Source: Thermoproteus sp. (GTDB lineage: Archaea; Thermoproteota; Thermoprotei; Thermoproteales; Thermoproteaceae). Taken from it: 39,842 nucleotides of DNA. The notes beneath the pieces are model-generated. The model saw only the letters and a list, made by a program, of their open reading frames with translations, ran no database searches and was not told where the DNA came from. Location of the stretch: positions 1-39,842 of the forward strand of contig JBMFIG010000014.1 of the NCBI GenBank assembly GCA_049976425.1, written 5' to 3'. Positions within the stretch are counted from its first letter, which is position 1. Every line of letters starts with the position of its first letter. Of this stretch, positions 26,465 through 34,929 are shown piece by piece. A program made the translations under genes and the position numbers.

Positions 26465-27388
26465 CTACTCGCCCTGCTCCTCGTCCTCGCCAGGTAGCTT
26501 CATCAACGAAATCCTCTTGGGCTTCTCCTCCTTGATCTCCTGCCTCAGCTTATCGGCGTATTTAGAGGCCAAGGCGTCCACTATGGACATTATGTGTTTG
26601 ACAGTGCCGTTGTCCAAGGTCAAGAACTCGTGTAATTTGCCCTCATCTAGATGTTTCGAGAGTAGCGGGTCCATGGGTATCTGGCCCAGGAAAGGCACGC
26701 CGGCCTTCTCGGCGATCCTCTTGCCGGTCCCCTCGCCGAATATGTAGTAGGTCTTGCCGTTGTCGGGGCAGACGAAGCAGCACATGTTCTCCACTATGCC
26801 GGCGACTGGTATCTGCACCTTCCTCGAGAAGTCTATAGCCTTGACGACTATACGGCGGGAGATCTCGGACGGTATGGTCACTATGATACTGCCATCTATC
26901 CCGCCCTGTAGGCTTTGGGCTATGGTCAACGGAGCGTCGCCGGTGCCCGGCGGGAGGTCGACCATCAACACGTCGAGAGGTCCCCAGTCGACTTGCGAAA
27001 TGAAGTCCCTCAACGCCTGGGTGACCAAGGCGCCTCTCCAGATAACCGCCGTGTCCTCGCTGGGCAACATGAAGTCTATCGAAACCACCTTGACGCCGAA
27101 GGGTCCCGACACGGGCACTATCTTCCCCGTCTTGGAGTCGACGTAGAGCGCGGAGTCCGTCACGCCCAACAGCTTAGGTATCGTCGGGCCGTATATATCG
27201 CCGTCTAATATGCCCACCCTATATCCCCGTAGCGCGAGGCCGAGCCCAACGGCCGCCGTGACCAAAGACTTCCCCACCCCGCCTTTGCCCGAGATAGTGA
27301 CCAGCTTGACCTTCACGCCCTTCAAATAGTCGGCCAAAGAGCCCGGGGGCGCCGCCCCGCCGCGTATGTTCACTCTGATATTGCTCAT
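26465..27388 (-). CDS. Mrp/ApbC/Nbp35 Fe-S cluster carrier ATPase
   Basis: SGKGGVGKS, DIYGP, WRG, DLPPGTGD, ENM..FVCP. Confidence 0.93.
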   Translation of the reverse strand: MSNIRVNIRGGAAPPGSLADYLKGVKVKLVTISGKGGVGKSLVTAAVGLGLALRGYRVGILDGDIYGPTIPKLLGVTDSALYVDSKTGKIVPVSGPFGVKVVSIDFMLPSEDTAVIWRGALVTQALRDFISQVDWGPLDVLMVDLPPGTGDAPLTIAQSLQGGIDGSIIVTIPSEISRRIVVKAIDFSRKVQIPVAGIVENMCCFVCPDNGKTYYIFGEGTGKRIAEKAGVPFLGQIPMDPLLSKHLDEGKLHEFLTLDNGTVKHIMSIVDALASKYADKLRQEIKEEKPKRISLMKLPGEDEEQGE

Positions 27389-27434
27389 AGCTCCCTACCG
27401 AAGGTAAGTATATATCTATATTGCCGTCACGGTC

Positions 27435-27941
27435 CTAGAGCCTCGCCACCACGTCCCTGAACTCGCGATACACGTCGCCGCCTGCCCGGGCCCATCTGTT
27501 CAATAGACCACATGCGACGATGAACTGCCCCATACGGCTGTATACGTCAAGACATCCCACCTCGTCGACCACCGCGACAGCTCCATCTAAGCACACCACC
27601 TCGAGACCTAGGTCCCTCACCAGCGGCAGATCGATCTCCAAAGGTCCCACCCTCGACTGCACTAGATCCCCCATACGTACAATCCGGCCATCGGTCCTGC
27701 AAGGTATCGGGAGGCTACAATAACCCCTAACGCGGTCGCCCAGCCCGTAAATAGTCAAGCCGACGGGCACATCCCCCGAGATCTTCGAACCCCTCTCGAA
27801 GTGGATGCCCACGAGGACGAAACCGCCGAGCGAGGCCGTGTAGATCTGCGAAATGCCTAGAACCCCGGAATAGTTTCGGTGGAGCCAATCGGCGAATTCT
27901 CCCAGCTCGTTGCACATACAGATTTTAACCAGAATTTCCAT
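27435..27941 (-). CDS. Hypothetical protein
   Basis: 168 aa ORF filling the gap, with no recognisable motif; the start may be 27917. Confidence 0.55.
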   Translation of the reverse strand: MEILVKICMCNELGEFADWLHRNYSGVLGISQIYTASLGGFVLVGIHFERGSKISGDVPVGLTIYGLGDRVRGYCSLPIPCRTDGRIVRMGDLVQSRVGPLEIDLPLVRDLGLEVVCLDGAVAVVDEVGCLDVYSRMGQFIVACGLLNRWARAGGDVYREFRDVVARL

Positions 27942-27949
27942 TTTATCGG

Positions 27950-28003
27950 TAATGAGGTAGGCCCGTCATCGCGGATAGATGAAGAGAAATCTGGGTTCTG
28001 AGC
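27950..28003 (+). ncRNA. Candidate box C/D sRNA
   Basis: Degenerate C ATGAGGT (27952), 13-nt guide, D' CGGA (27972), C' ATGAAGA (27979), 12-nt guide, D CTGA (27998). Confidence 0.5.
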
Positions 28004-28089
28004 AAAAGCCGGCGTCTCAAGATCTAGCGCCTTAAGGGGAGAACGCCTAGGGCGAAAATAATTAAAAGGAGTGGAGTGGCCCCGCCTCG

Positions 28090-28722
28090 ATGAGCGAGAG
28101 CGGTGAGAGCTACGAGTACCTAGTGCCGTTGGAGAGGTATCTGTCCTCAGGCATTAGGTTGGGTACCAAGATGTCCAATAAGTACTTGGAGAAGAGGGGC
28201 TTTATCTACGCTGTGAGGCCCGACGGGCTTAGGATCTTCGACATAAGGAAGATCGACGAGAGGTTGAGGATAGCCGCCAAGTTCATAGCGAGGTACAGCC
28301 CCGACAGGATATTGGTCCACACGACTAGGCCCTACGGCTTCAAGCCCATAGAGATGTTCTGTAAATATGTGGGCTGTAAATATATAGCCGGGAGGTTCAC
28401 GCCCGGCATATTGACCAACCCCTATCTGCCTGAGTATATGGAGATAGACCTATTGGTGGTGGTGGATCCTAAGCTGGACTCGCAAGCGGTCAGAGAGGCG
28501 GCTATCATGGGCATACCCGTGGTGGCTCTCGTCGATACCGACACGCCCCACGACTTCATCGACTTAATGATACCTTGCAACAACAAGGGGAGGCGTAGCC
28601 TCGCCCTTATATTCTGGATATTGGCTAGACAAGTCTTGAGGGAGAGAGGGGAGCTTAAACCCGACCAAGATCTGCCAGTCCCGCCTGAGGAGTTCGAGAC
28701 CAAGCTCGTGGAAACTAGATAA
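28090..28722 (+). CDS. rps2: 30S ribosomal protein S2
   Basis: [36 protein letters not shown]. Confidence 0.97.
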   Translation: MSESGESYEYLVPLERYLSSGIRLGTKMSNKYLEKRGFIYAVRPDGLRIFDIRKIDERLRIAAKFIARYSPDRILVHTTRPYGFKPIEMFCKYVGCKYIAGRFTPGILTNPYLPEYMEIDLLVVVDPKLDSQAVREAAIMGIPVVALVDTDTPHDFIDLMIPCNNKGRRSLALIFWILARQVLRERGELKPDQDLPVPPEEFETKLVETR

Positions 28723-28742
28723 AGCGGTGATATACTCCCTTC

Positions 28743-29588
28743 ATGGCTAGAATTAGGAAGCCGGCCGTCGCCGGCTATTTCTACGAGGCAGATCGGGAGG
28801 CCCTTGTCGAGAGGATAAGGTGGAGCATATATCACGACTTAGGCCCTAAGACAGAGTCGTTGAGCCCGGAGGGGGCCAAGGCTCTGGGGGCTGTGGCGCC
28901 CCACGCGGGCTATATCTATTCGGGCCCCGTGGCGGCCTGGGCGTATGCGGCTCTCAGAGGCTACGGGAGGCCCGATACGGTGGTGGTCATAGGGCCTAAC
29001 CACTACGGCGTGGGGGCGCCGGTCGCGATAATGAAATCGGGGGTCTGGGAGACCCCTCTAGGCGCTTTAGAGATCGACGAGGAGGCGGCCGAGTTCTTGT
29101 CCTCGGAGTATAGATCTCTCGAGGACGACTTCTACGCCTTTTCCAAGGAGCACTCCATCGAGGTCCACATGCCCTTCATCCAGTATTTCTTCGGCGACGT
29201 CAAGATCGTCCCAGTGGCTCTATGGCGCCAGACGCCCTCCACCGCCAAGGAGCTGGGAGCCGCCTTGGCCAAGATGGTGGCCAGCTTCAAGAAGAGGATA
29301 TACATAATAGCCAGCTCCGACCTTAACCACTACGAGCACCACGAGGTGACCGCCAAGAAGGACGAGCTGGCCATATCCAAGATAGTCGCGGGCGACGTCG
29401 AGGGTTTCTTCGACGTCGTCTCTAGATACGACATCTCGGCGTGCGGCATAGGCCCCATAGGGGCTTTGATGAAGGCCGCAACCGCGTTGGGGTTCAAGGC
29501 CAAGCTGTTGAAGCACGCCACCTCGGGAGACACCAGCGGGTATAGGGAGGAGACCGTCGGCTACGCCAGCGTGTTGTTCTACTCATGA
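28743..29588 (+). CDS. MEMO1 family protein
   Basis: [45 protein letters not shown]. Confidence 0.93.
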   Translation: MARIRKPAVAGYFYEADREALVERIRWSIYHDLGPKTESLSPEGAKALGAVAPHAGYIYSGPVAAWAYAALRGYGRPDTVVVIGPNHYGVGAPVAIMKSGVWETPLGALEIDEEAAEFLSSEYRSLEDDFYAFSKEHSIEVHMPFIQYFFGDVKIVPVALWRQTPSTAKELGAALAKMVASFKKRIYIIASSDLNHYEHHEVTAKKDELAISKIVAGDVEGFFDVVSRYDISACGIGPIGALMKAATALGFKAKLLKHATSGDTSGYREETVGYASVLFYS

Positions 29589-30643
29589 TAGACAAGCGTA
29601 AGAACGACCACATATTCCTGGCGGCTTCGCCCGAGTCGCAAATCGGCGATAGTTGGCTGGACGAGGTGGTCCTAGTACATAGGGCCCTGCCGGAGCTCGA
29701 CCTAGACGACGTGGATACGAGGACCACGTTTCTAGGCCGAGAGATATCCATGCCGTTCATAATAGGCGCCATGACGGGCGGGACCGAGCTCGCCGAGAAG
29801 ATAAACGCCAGGCTCGCCAAAGCCGCCGAGGAGTTGGGGGTGCCCATGTACGTGGGCTCGCAACGTGTAGGCATAGTGAAGCCGGAGGCCAGGCGTAGCT
29901 TCGAGGTGGTCAAGGCCAACGCGCCGACGGTGCCCAAGATAGCCAATCTAGGCGCCCCGCAGATCTCCAGACTGCCCGACGACCAGCTACTGCGCTGGGC
30001 GGAGGAAGCCGTCGACATGATAGACGCGGCGGCTTTGGCGATCCACTTGAACCCAGCCCAGGAGGTGTTCCAGCCGGAGGGCGAGCCCTATTTCAAGAAC
30101 GTGCTGGATAGGTTGAGGTTTCTGAAGAGGTCTTTAGGGGTGCCGTTAATAGTCAAGGAGGTCGGCAACGGCATCTCCAAGGAGGTGGCGGGCCTCCTAA
30201 ACGGGGTGGCGGATATAATCGACGTGGCCGGCGCCGGCGGCACCTCCTTCGTAGTCATAGAGGGTCTGAGAGCCAAGGAGGCGCGTCCCGAGCTCTACGA
30301 GCTGGCCCAGGAGTTCAAGGGCTGGGGCATCCCCACAGCGGCGGCCATATGCGAGGCCAAGGCCGCCTTCAAGGGCCCGGTGATAGCGTCCGGCGGCATA
30401 AGGAACGGGCTTGATGGGGCGAAGGCGCTGGGCCTCGGGGCCGACTACTTCTCGGCGTCTCAGCCTCTGCTCAAGGCCGCGTTAGACGACAAGGTGGCCC
30501 AAGCCATATCCAGAATACTGCAGGAGCTCCGGATAGCCATGTTCTTGACGGGAGCCGCCAAGGTCCAAGATCTGAGGAAGGCGCCCAAGGTCTTCGGTCC
30601 TCGCCTAGAGTCTTGGCTGAGGCAACGCGGGGTGAGCTGTTGA
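29585..30643 (+). CDS. fni: Type 2 isopentenyl-diphosphate delta-isomerase
   Basis: RKNDHI, HRALPE, AMTGG, GSQR, HLNPAQE..QPEG, KEVG, GAGGTS, SGGIRNG. Confidence 0.96.
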   Translation: MIDKRKNDHIFLAASPESQIGDSWLDEVVLVHRALPELDLDDVDTRTTFLGREISMPFIIGAMTGGTELAEKINARLAKAAEELGVPMYVGSQRVGIVKPEARRSFEVVKANAPTVPKIANLGAPQISRLPDDQLLRWAEEAVDMIDAAALAIHLNPAQEVFQPEGEPYFKNVLDRLRFLKRSLGVPLIVKEVGNGISKEVAGLLNGVADIIDVAGAGGTSFVVIEGLRAKEARPELYELAQEFKGWGIPTAAAICEAKAAFKGPVIASGGIRNGLDGAKALGLGADYFSASQPLLKAALDDKVAQAISRILQELRIAMFLTGAAKVQDLRKAPKVFGPRLESWLRQRGVSC

Positions 30644-30718
30644 CGCTACCTCGCCGTTTGAGATGATACGTAGCGCCCTATCAAGGGAGGTATTATAAAC
30701 TGGCAGAGACGTATTCCT

Positions 30719-31042
30719 ATGGCCTGCCCCAAATGCGGTAGCAGGGACATAAGAATCTCGCCGTCCGGCAAATATGTCTGTAATTCGTGTGGGTACTCTT
30801 GGCAAATACCTATGGCAGATTTGGGATGGGCCCAGAGGATCTTCCGCGTGGAGAAGCTCTACGAGGAGTTCAAGGACGTGAGGCCTATAGACTGCGCCAG
30901 GATGAAAGACGAGATGGTCAAGAAAGGCGTGAGCGAGGACGACGCGGCCAAGATCGTGAGGAGGATAGCGAGGAGGGCCGCTCGCCTAACCAACGACAAA
31001 AGGGAGAAGGACGCGTTGACGGCTATTATAGAAGGGTGTTAG
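30719..31042 (+). CDS. Small Zn-ribbon protein of unknown function
   Basis: CPKCGS...YVCNSCG plus a helical C-terminus; TTATAAA at 30693-30699. Confidence 0.8.
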   Translation: MACPKCGSRDIRISPSGKYVCNSCGYSWQIPMADLGWAQRIFRVEKLYEEFKDVRPIDCARMKDEMVKKGVSEDDAAKIVRRIARRAARLTNDKREKDALTAIIEGC

Positions 31043-31773
31043 GCCCTCTGCTGGGCACGCGCCCTTCTGCAACCGCGACCTGTACACCTCGACGCTATGA
31101 AGCCGACTTTTTGGCCAGGCGGCGCGGTTCTCGGAACCGGCGTGCCGCCCTTCGGGTGGCTACCGCCTCCGTGCGGATGGGCGTACGGGCTCATGGCCTT
31201 GCCCCTAACCAAGGGCCACTTCCAAGCCTTCGCCCTAGATCTATGGTACTTGGCTCCGGCCTTCAACATGGGCTTCTCTATTCTGCCGCCTCCGGCGACG
31301 ATGCCGATGGAGGCCCTGGCGTCCGAGCTGACGTCGATCACGCGGCCGCTGGGCAGCCTTATGGACGTCTTGCCTACCTCGACCTTATGGGCGAGGACCA
31401 CGGCGTAGGCGCCTCCCGATCTGGCGTACTTGCCGCCGTCGCCGTACATCTTCTCCACATTGTATATCATAGTTCCCTCCGGTATTTTCCGCAGAGGGAG
31501 TATATTGCCCGGCCTCACCGGGGCGTCCTCGCCTATCTCTATCCTCTGCCCCACGTACATGCCCTCGGCGGCGAAGTTGAGGAACTCGGTCCCGTCGGCC
31601 ATCCTTATTTTGGCCACAGGCGCGTTGAGCCCCGGCTCGTGGAGCAGCTCGACGACATAGCCGTAGCCGGAGACGCCGCGAGGATACCTAACGGCGCCGT
31701 CCCTCCTCCAACTGGGCGATCTGAACTGGCTACCTCCCCTCCCCCTCCTCTGCACCAATATACGCTTGCCCAC
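31039..31773 (-). CDS. rpl2: 50S ribosomal protein L2
   Basis: GKRILVQRRGRG, GGGRIEKP, WPLVRGKAM, HPHGGG. Confidence 0.97.
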   Translation of the reverse strand: MGKRILVQRRGRGGSQFRSPSWRRDGAVRYPRGVSGYGYVVELLHEPGLNAPVAKIRMADGTEFLNFAAEGMYVGQRIEIGEDAPVRPGNILPLRKIPEGTMIYNVEKMYGDGGKYARSGGAYAVVLAHKVEVGKTSIRLPSGRVIDVSSDARASIGIVAGGGRIEKPMLKAGAKYHRSRAKAWKWPLVRGKAMSPYAHPHGGGSHPKGGTPVPRTAPPGQKVGFIASRCTGRGCRRARAQQRA

Positions 31774-31820
31774 AGCCCGCGAAGCCTCAAGCTATATAAA
31801 CATTACCGGGGTAGGCGTCC

Positions 31821-32111
31821 GTGAACGTGTTGGAGGAGCAAGTGCTCAACGATCTAAGATCGAGGGGGTTCAAGATCGTCGAGAGGATAGAGGACGGGCT
31901 CTTCGTGGCCGAGAAAGGCGAGCGCTATCTGTTCTACGTAATGGTGGAGGGCGTAGAGAGGCCCTTGAGGCAACTCTATAGGGTTCTCAACATGGGGGAG
32001 ACCCTATCCACGCCGGTGGTGCTGGCTCTGGTCAGCAACGACGGCGTGGTCACCTACTACTCGGCACATAAATTAAGGCTACCCCGTAACGTCCATGCTC
32101 AAGCTCCTTGA
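31821..32111 (+). CDS. tRNA-splicing endonuclease structural (beta) subunit
   Basis: 96 aa, VLNDLRSRGF...VVLALVSNDGVVTYY, matching the short crenarchaeal structural subunit. Confidence 0.85.
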   Translation: MNVLEEQVLNDLRSRGFKIVERIEDGLFVAEKGERYLFYVMVEGVERPLRQLYRVLNMGETLSTPVVLALVSNDGVVTYYSAHKLRLPRNVHAQAP

Positions 32112-32382
32112 GAGGCTGATCTCCATATCGAGGGAGAAGGGGGTGAAGATAGAGATCTCCTTCAGCAGATGCAGGGGGAGGTTGCTTATAGATAGGGAGG
32201 TAAAGGCGCTGGACGAGTACGGGAATGTGGTTCCTTGGAACCGCGCGTTCCCCGGCATAGCGATCCAGAACATACTAGACCAGTGCCGTGTGAGGAAGGT
32301 AGAGGCTTTTAGAGGCCAGGAGAAGGTGGTCGAGGCGCCCGACGCCGAGTCCGCAATCCGCGAGCTCTCCTCGCTTAGGTAG
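32095..32382 (+). CDS. Hypothetical protein
   Basis: 95 aa with genome-typical codon usage; overlaps the upstream stop. Confidence 0.65.
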   Translation: MLKLLERLISISREKGVKIEISFSRCRGRLLIDREVKALDEYGNVVPWNRAFPGIAIQNILDQCRVRKVEAFRGQEKVVEAPDAESAIRELSSLR

Positions 32383-32414
32383 ACCTCGAAAACACTTTAA
32401 ATAAGGGCCGAGTA

Positions 32415-33764
32415 ATGCAGGTGTACACCAAGGTTGTAGCGACGTTGGGGCCGTCTACCGATAGACTGGCCGACTTGGGCCGGTTGTTGGAGCTGGTGGA
32501 CGGGGTTAGGATAAACATGTCGCACGCGACCGAGCGGGAGCTGGAGGCGAGAGTAAAGGCCGTGCGCCGCTTCGAGAAGGACAGAGGCAAGCCGATAGCG
32601 GTGATCGCCGATCTGAGAGGGCCCAGCGTGAGGACGGGCCTCATGGAGCCGCTCCGGATAGCCGCTGGCGCGAGGATTGTCTTTAAGTTGGCCGACAAGA
32701 GCGACGGGAGCTTCGTCCCGATACCCAGACGCGAGTTCTTCGACGTCGTGGAGAGAGGCGACGAGATACTCATGCTGGACGGCAAGCTTGTCTTGAAGGC
32801 GATAGCCGCCTCCGGGCAGCTGGTAGAGGCCGAAGCCCTATCGTCGGGAGAGATAACCAGCAACAAGGCCGTGGTGGTCAAGGGCAAGGACTTCGACATA
32901 CCCCTACCAGTTGAGGAGGACCTCGCGGCGCTCGCCGTATTGGCCCGGTACAAGGAGGATATAGACTACGTGGCGTTGAGCTTGATAAAGAACGGCGCCG
33001 AGATCTCGCTCATGAGGAAGATCGTCGAGGAGCACGGGCTCGCCGCAGACGTCATGGCCAAGATAGAGACCAAGGGCGCCGTGGATCGCATAGACGAGAT
33101 AATCGACGCCGCCGACTACATAGTGGCGGCCAGAGGCGACCTCGCCCTGCACTACGGGCTTGAGTATATACCTAAGGTCCAGAGGACGTTGATAGAGAGG
33201 GCCTTAGCCAAGGGAAAGCCGGTGGCGGTGGCCACCCAGTTGCTGGACTCCATGCAGACAAACCCGACGCCCACCAGGGCGGAGGTCAACGACGTGTACG
33301 CAGCGGCATCTCTCGGAGTCGACTCGCTCTGGCTCACCAACGAGACTGCCAGCGGAAGCTACCCCCTAGAGGCGGTCTCGTGGCTCAGGAAGATCATATC
33401 GGTGGCCGAGGTGAGGCCGCTCGGAAGGCCCAGCCCCGCCAACGCGAGGGACAAATTCGCCGAGGCGGTCGCCGATATGGCCGCCGATCTCGGCGCAGAC
33501 ATAGCGGTCTACTCCATGACCGGCACGCTTGCAAAACGCGTGGCCAAGTTCAGACCGCCCGTCAAGATATTCGCCGGAGTGAAGGAGGCGTCGGTGGCCA
33601 GAAAGCTGGCGCTTATATGGGGCGTCGAGCCGTTGTTGTTGCCGGCCCAGACCTACGAGGAGGGGCTAGAGAGGCTGATGGCCCGCTTCCCGGACAGAAC
33701 GTTAGTGGCCACCTACGGTCTGAAGGGAGGCGTCCACACAATTAAAATAAACATCAAGGACTAG
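32415..33764 (+). CDS. pyk: Pyruvate kinase
   Basis: TKVVATLGP, RINMSH, DLRGPSVR, AKIET, ARGDL, ATQLLDSM, PTRAE, ETASGSYP. Confidence 0.97.
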   Translation: MQVYTKVVATLGPSTDRLADLGRLLELVDGVRINMSHATERELEARVKAVRRFEKDRGKPIAVIADLRGPSVRTGLMEPLRIAAGARIVFKLADKSDGSFVPIPRREFFDVVERGDEILMLDGKLVLKAIAASGQLVEAEALSSGEITSNKAVVVKGKDFDIPLPVEEDLAALAVLARYKEDIDYVALSLIKNGAEISLMRKIVEEHGLAADVMAKIETKGAVDRIDEIIDAADYIVAARGDLALHYGLEYIPKVQRTLIERALAKGKPVAVATQLLDSMQTNPTPTRAEVNDVYAAASLGVDSLWLTNETASGSYPLEAVSWLRKIISVAEVRPLGRPSPANARDKFAEAVADMAADLGADIAVYSMTGTLAKRVAKFRPPVKIFAGVKEASVARKLALIWGVEPLLLPAQTYEEGLERLMARFPDRTLVATYGLKGGVHTIKINIKD

Positions 33765-33818
33765 ACGTGGGGAGATGCATCTAAGCTGACCGGTGAGGAG
33801 CTCACGGTACGCCGACGT
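33765..33818 (+). ncRNA. Candidate box C/D sRNA (D guide antisense to 23S rRNA GUACCGUGAG)
   Basis: C GTGGGGA (33767), 12-nt guide, D' CTGA (33786), C' GTGAGGA (33793), 12-nt guide GCTCACGGTACG, D CCGA (33812). Confidence 0.65.
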
Positions 33819-33835
33819 TTGCCCACTGGGGCGAT

Positions 33836-34339
33836 CTAACGGGCCTCGGACAGCCTCCTCCTGATCTCCTCCACGAACTTCCTAGTCCTCTCCACGAGCT
33901 CCTTGACGTCCTCCTCCACCTGCTCCAGACTGGAGTACCTGCTCAGAACTCCGCTCTCGTCGCCGTTGTACTGGACCTCGTGGAGGTTCAAGGCGATAGC
34001 CGTCAGCAAGACTACCTCGTCGCCGTAGACGCCCCTCAACGCGCGGGCCGCCTCCCACATACGGCCGGTGGGCATCAACGCAATGAGCCAATCGACGAGC
34101 TCCACCTCGTACCCCTCGCGCGTCGAGACCCTCCCCCCAAATCTGGATCGCAAGGCCTCTCTGGCTGAGGCCGCCGCGGCGGCTAGAGCCGCCTTCCAGG
34201 CTTGGAAGGCCTTGCCTGCCGCATTTCTGTGCAACCCCTCCTCCAGAAACCGCAGAGAGAGGTCGGCCTCCGCCAGAGCCTCCTCCAGCCTTATCTCGGC
34301 GTACCTCTTGAGATCCCTCCACGGATGGATTATCTGCAC
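33836..34339 (-). CDS. PaREP1 family (HEPN-related) protein
   Basis: HPWRD...YAEIRLEEA, RNAAGKAFQAWKA, LNLHEVQYNG; GTG 34339 with a TTTTATA box ~25 nt upstream. Confidence 0.88.
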   Translation of the reverse strand: MQIIHPWRDLKRYAEIRLEEALAEADLSLRFLEEGLHRNAAGKAFQAWKAALAAAAASAREALRSRFGGRVSTREGYEVELVDWLIALMPTGRMWEAARALRGVYGDEVVLLTAIALNLHEVQYNGDESGVLSRYSSLEQVEEDVKELVERTRKFVEEIRRRLSEAR

Positions 34340-34512
34340 ACACGGCACGGCCCATATCGATATAAAATTGAATCGCCGGCGATCGGCAGAGCGGGCCGTT
34401 CGACGACGGCAAGACGGCCGCTCCGCGGATCCCGCCTGTCGTAAATCGGATGTCGATCTCGCCGATCTTACGCGGTCCGGAAGCTCTTTAAAAACGGCTT
34501 GTGTATACACGC

Positions 34513-34929
34513 GTGGGGGTGTTTACAGTTAAGGCCAGGGTATGGGCCGTGGGCCGGACGTCCGGCGCGGTGGAGGTTGACCTCCTAGTGGATACCGGCG
34601 CAACGTACACGGTGTTGCCGGCTAGCCTGCTCGCGAGGCTCGGGGTAGCTCCCCTCAGGACGGTTAGGCTCAGGCTGGCCGACGGCCGGGTCGTCGAGAG
34701 GGAGCTAGGCGAGGTGGGGATAGAGGTCGAGGGCCTTAGGGCGTCGGCCACCCCCGTGGTGTTCGGCGAGGAGGGCATATATCTGCTGGGCTCCGTCACC
34801 ATGGAGCAATTGGGCCTCGCCCCGGATCCCGTCGAGAAGAGGCTTAAGCCGGTGGAGGCGCTCCTTATGTCAACGCCTTCTGTAGGTGTAGTAGGTCCTC
34901 TGGCCGAAGTCGTGGAGATCTACGCCTAG
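34513..34929 (+). CDS. Clan AA (retropepsin-like) aspartic protease
   Basis: LVDTGATYT, LADGR, LLGSVTMEQLGL..DP; TTTAAAA at ~34487-34493. Confidence 0.88.
   Translation: MGVFTVKARVWAVGRTSGAVEVDLLVDTGATYTVLPASLLARLGVAPLRTVRLRLADGRVVERELGEVGIEVEGLRASATPVVFGEEGIYLLGSVTMEQLGLAPDPVEKRLKPVEALLMSTPSVGVVGPLAEVVEIYA

Noticed and set aside
30640-30690. Possible C/D sRNA after fni
   Set aside because: No acceptable C or terminal D box; only a short CGCTAC/GTAGCG stem.
30787-31824. 345-aa plus-strand ORF
   Set aside because: It overlaps the Zn-ribbon gene out of frame and is antisense to rpl2, with no motifs.
34340-34510. N-terminal extension of the PaREP1 ORF
   Set aside because: It spans the divergent promoter region, and family similarity starts at about 34339.
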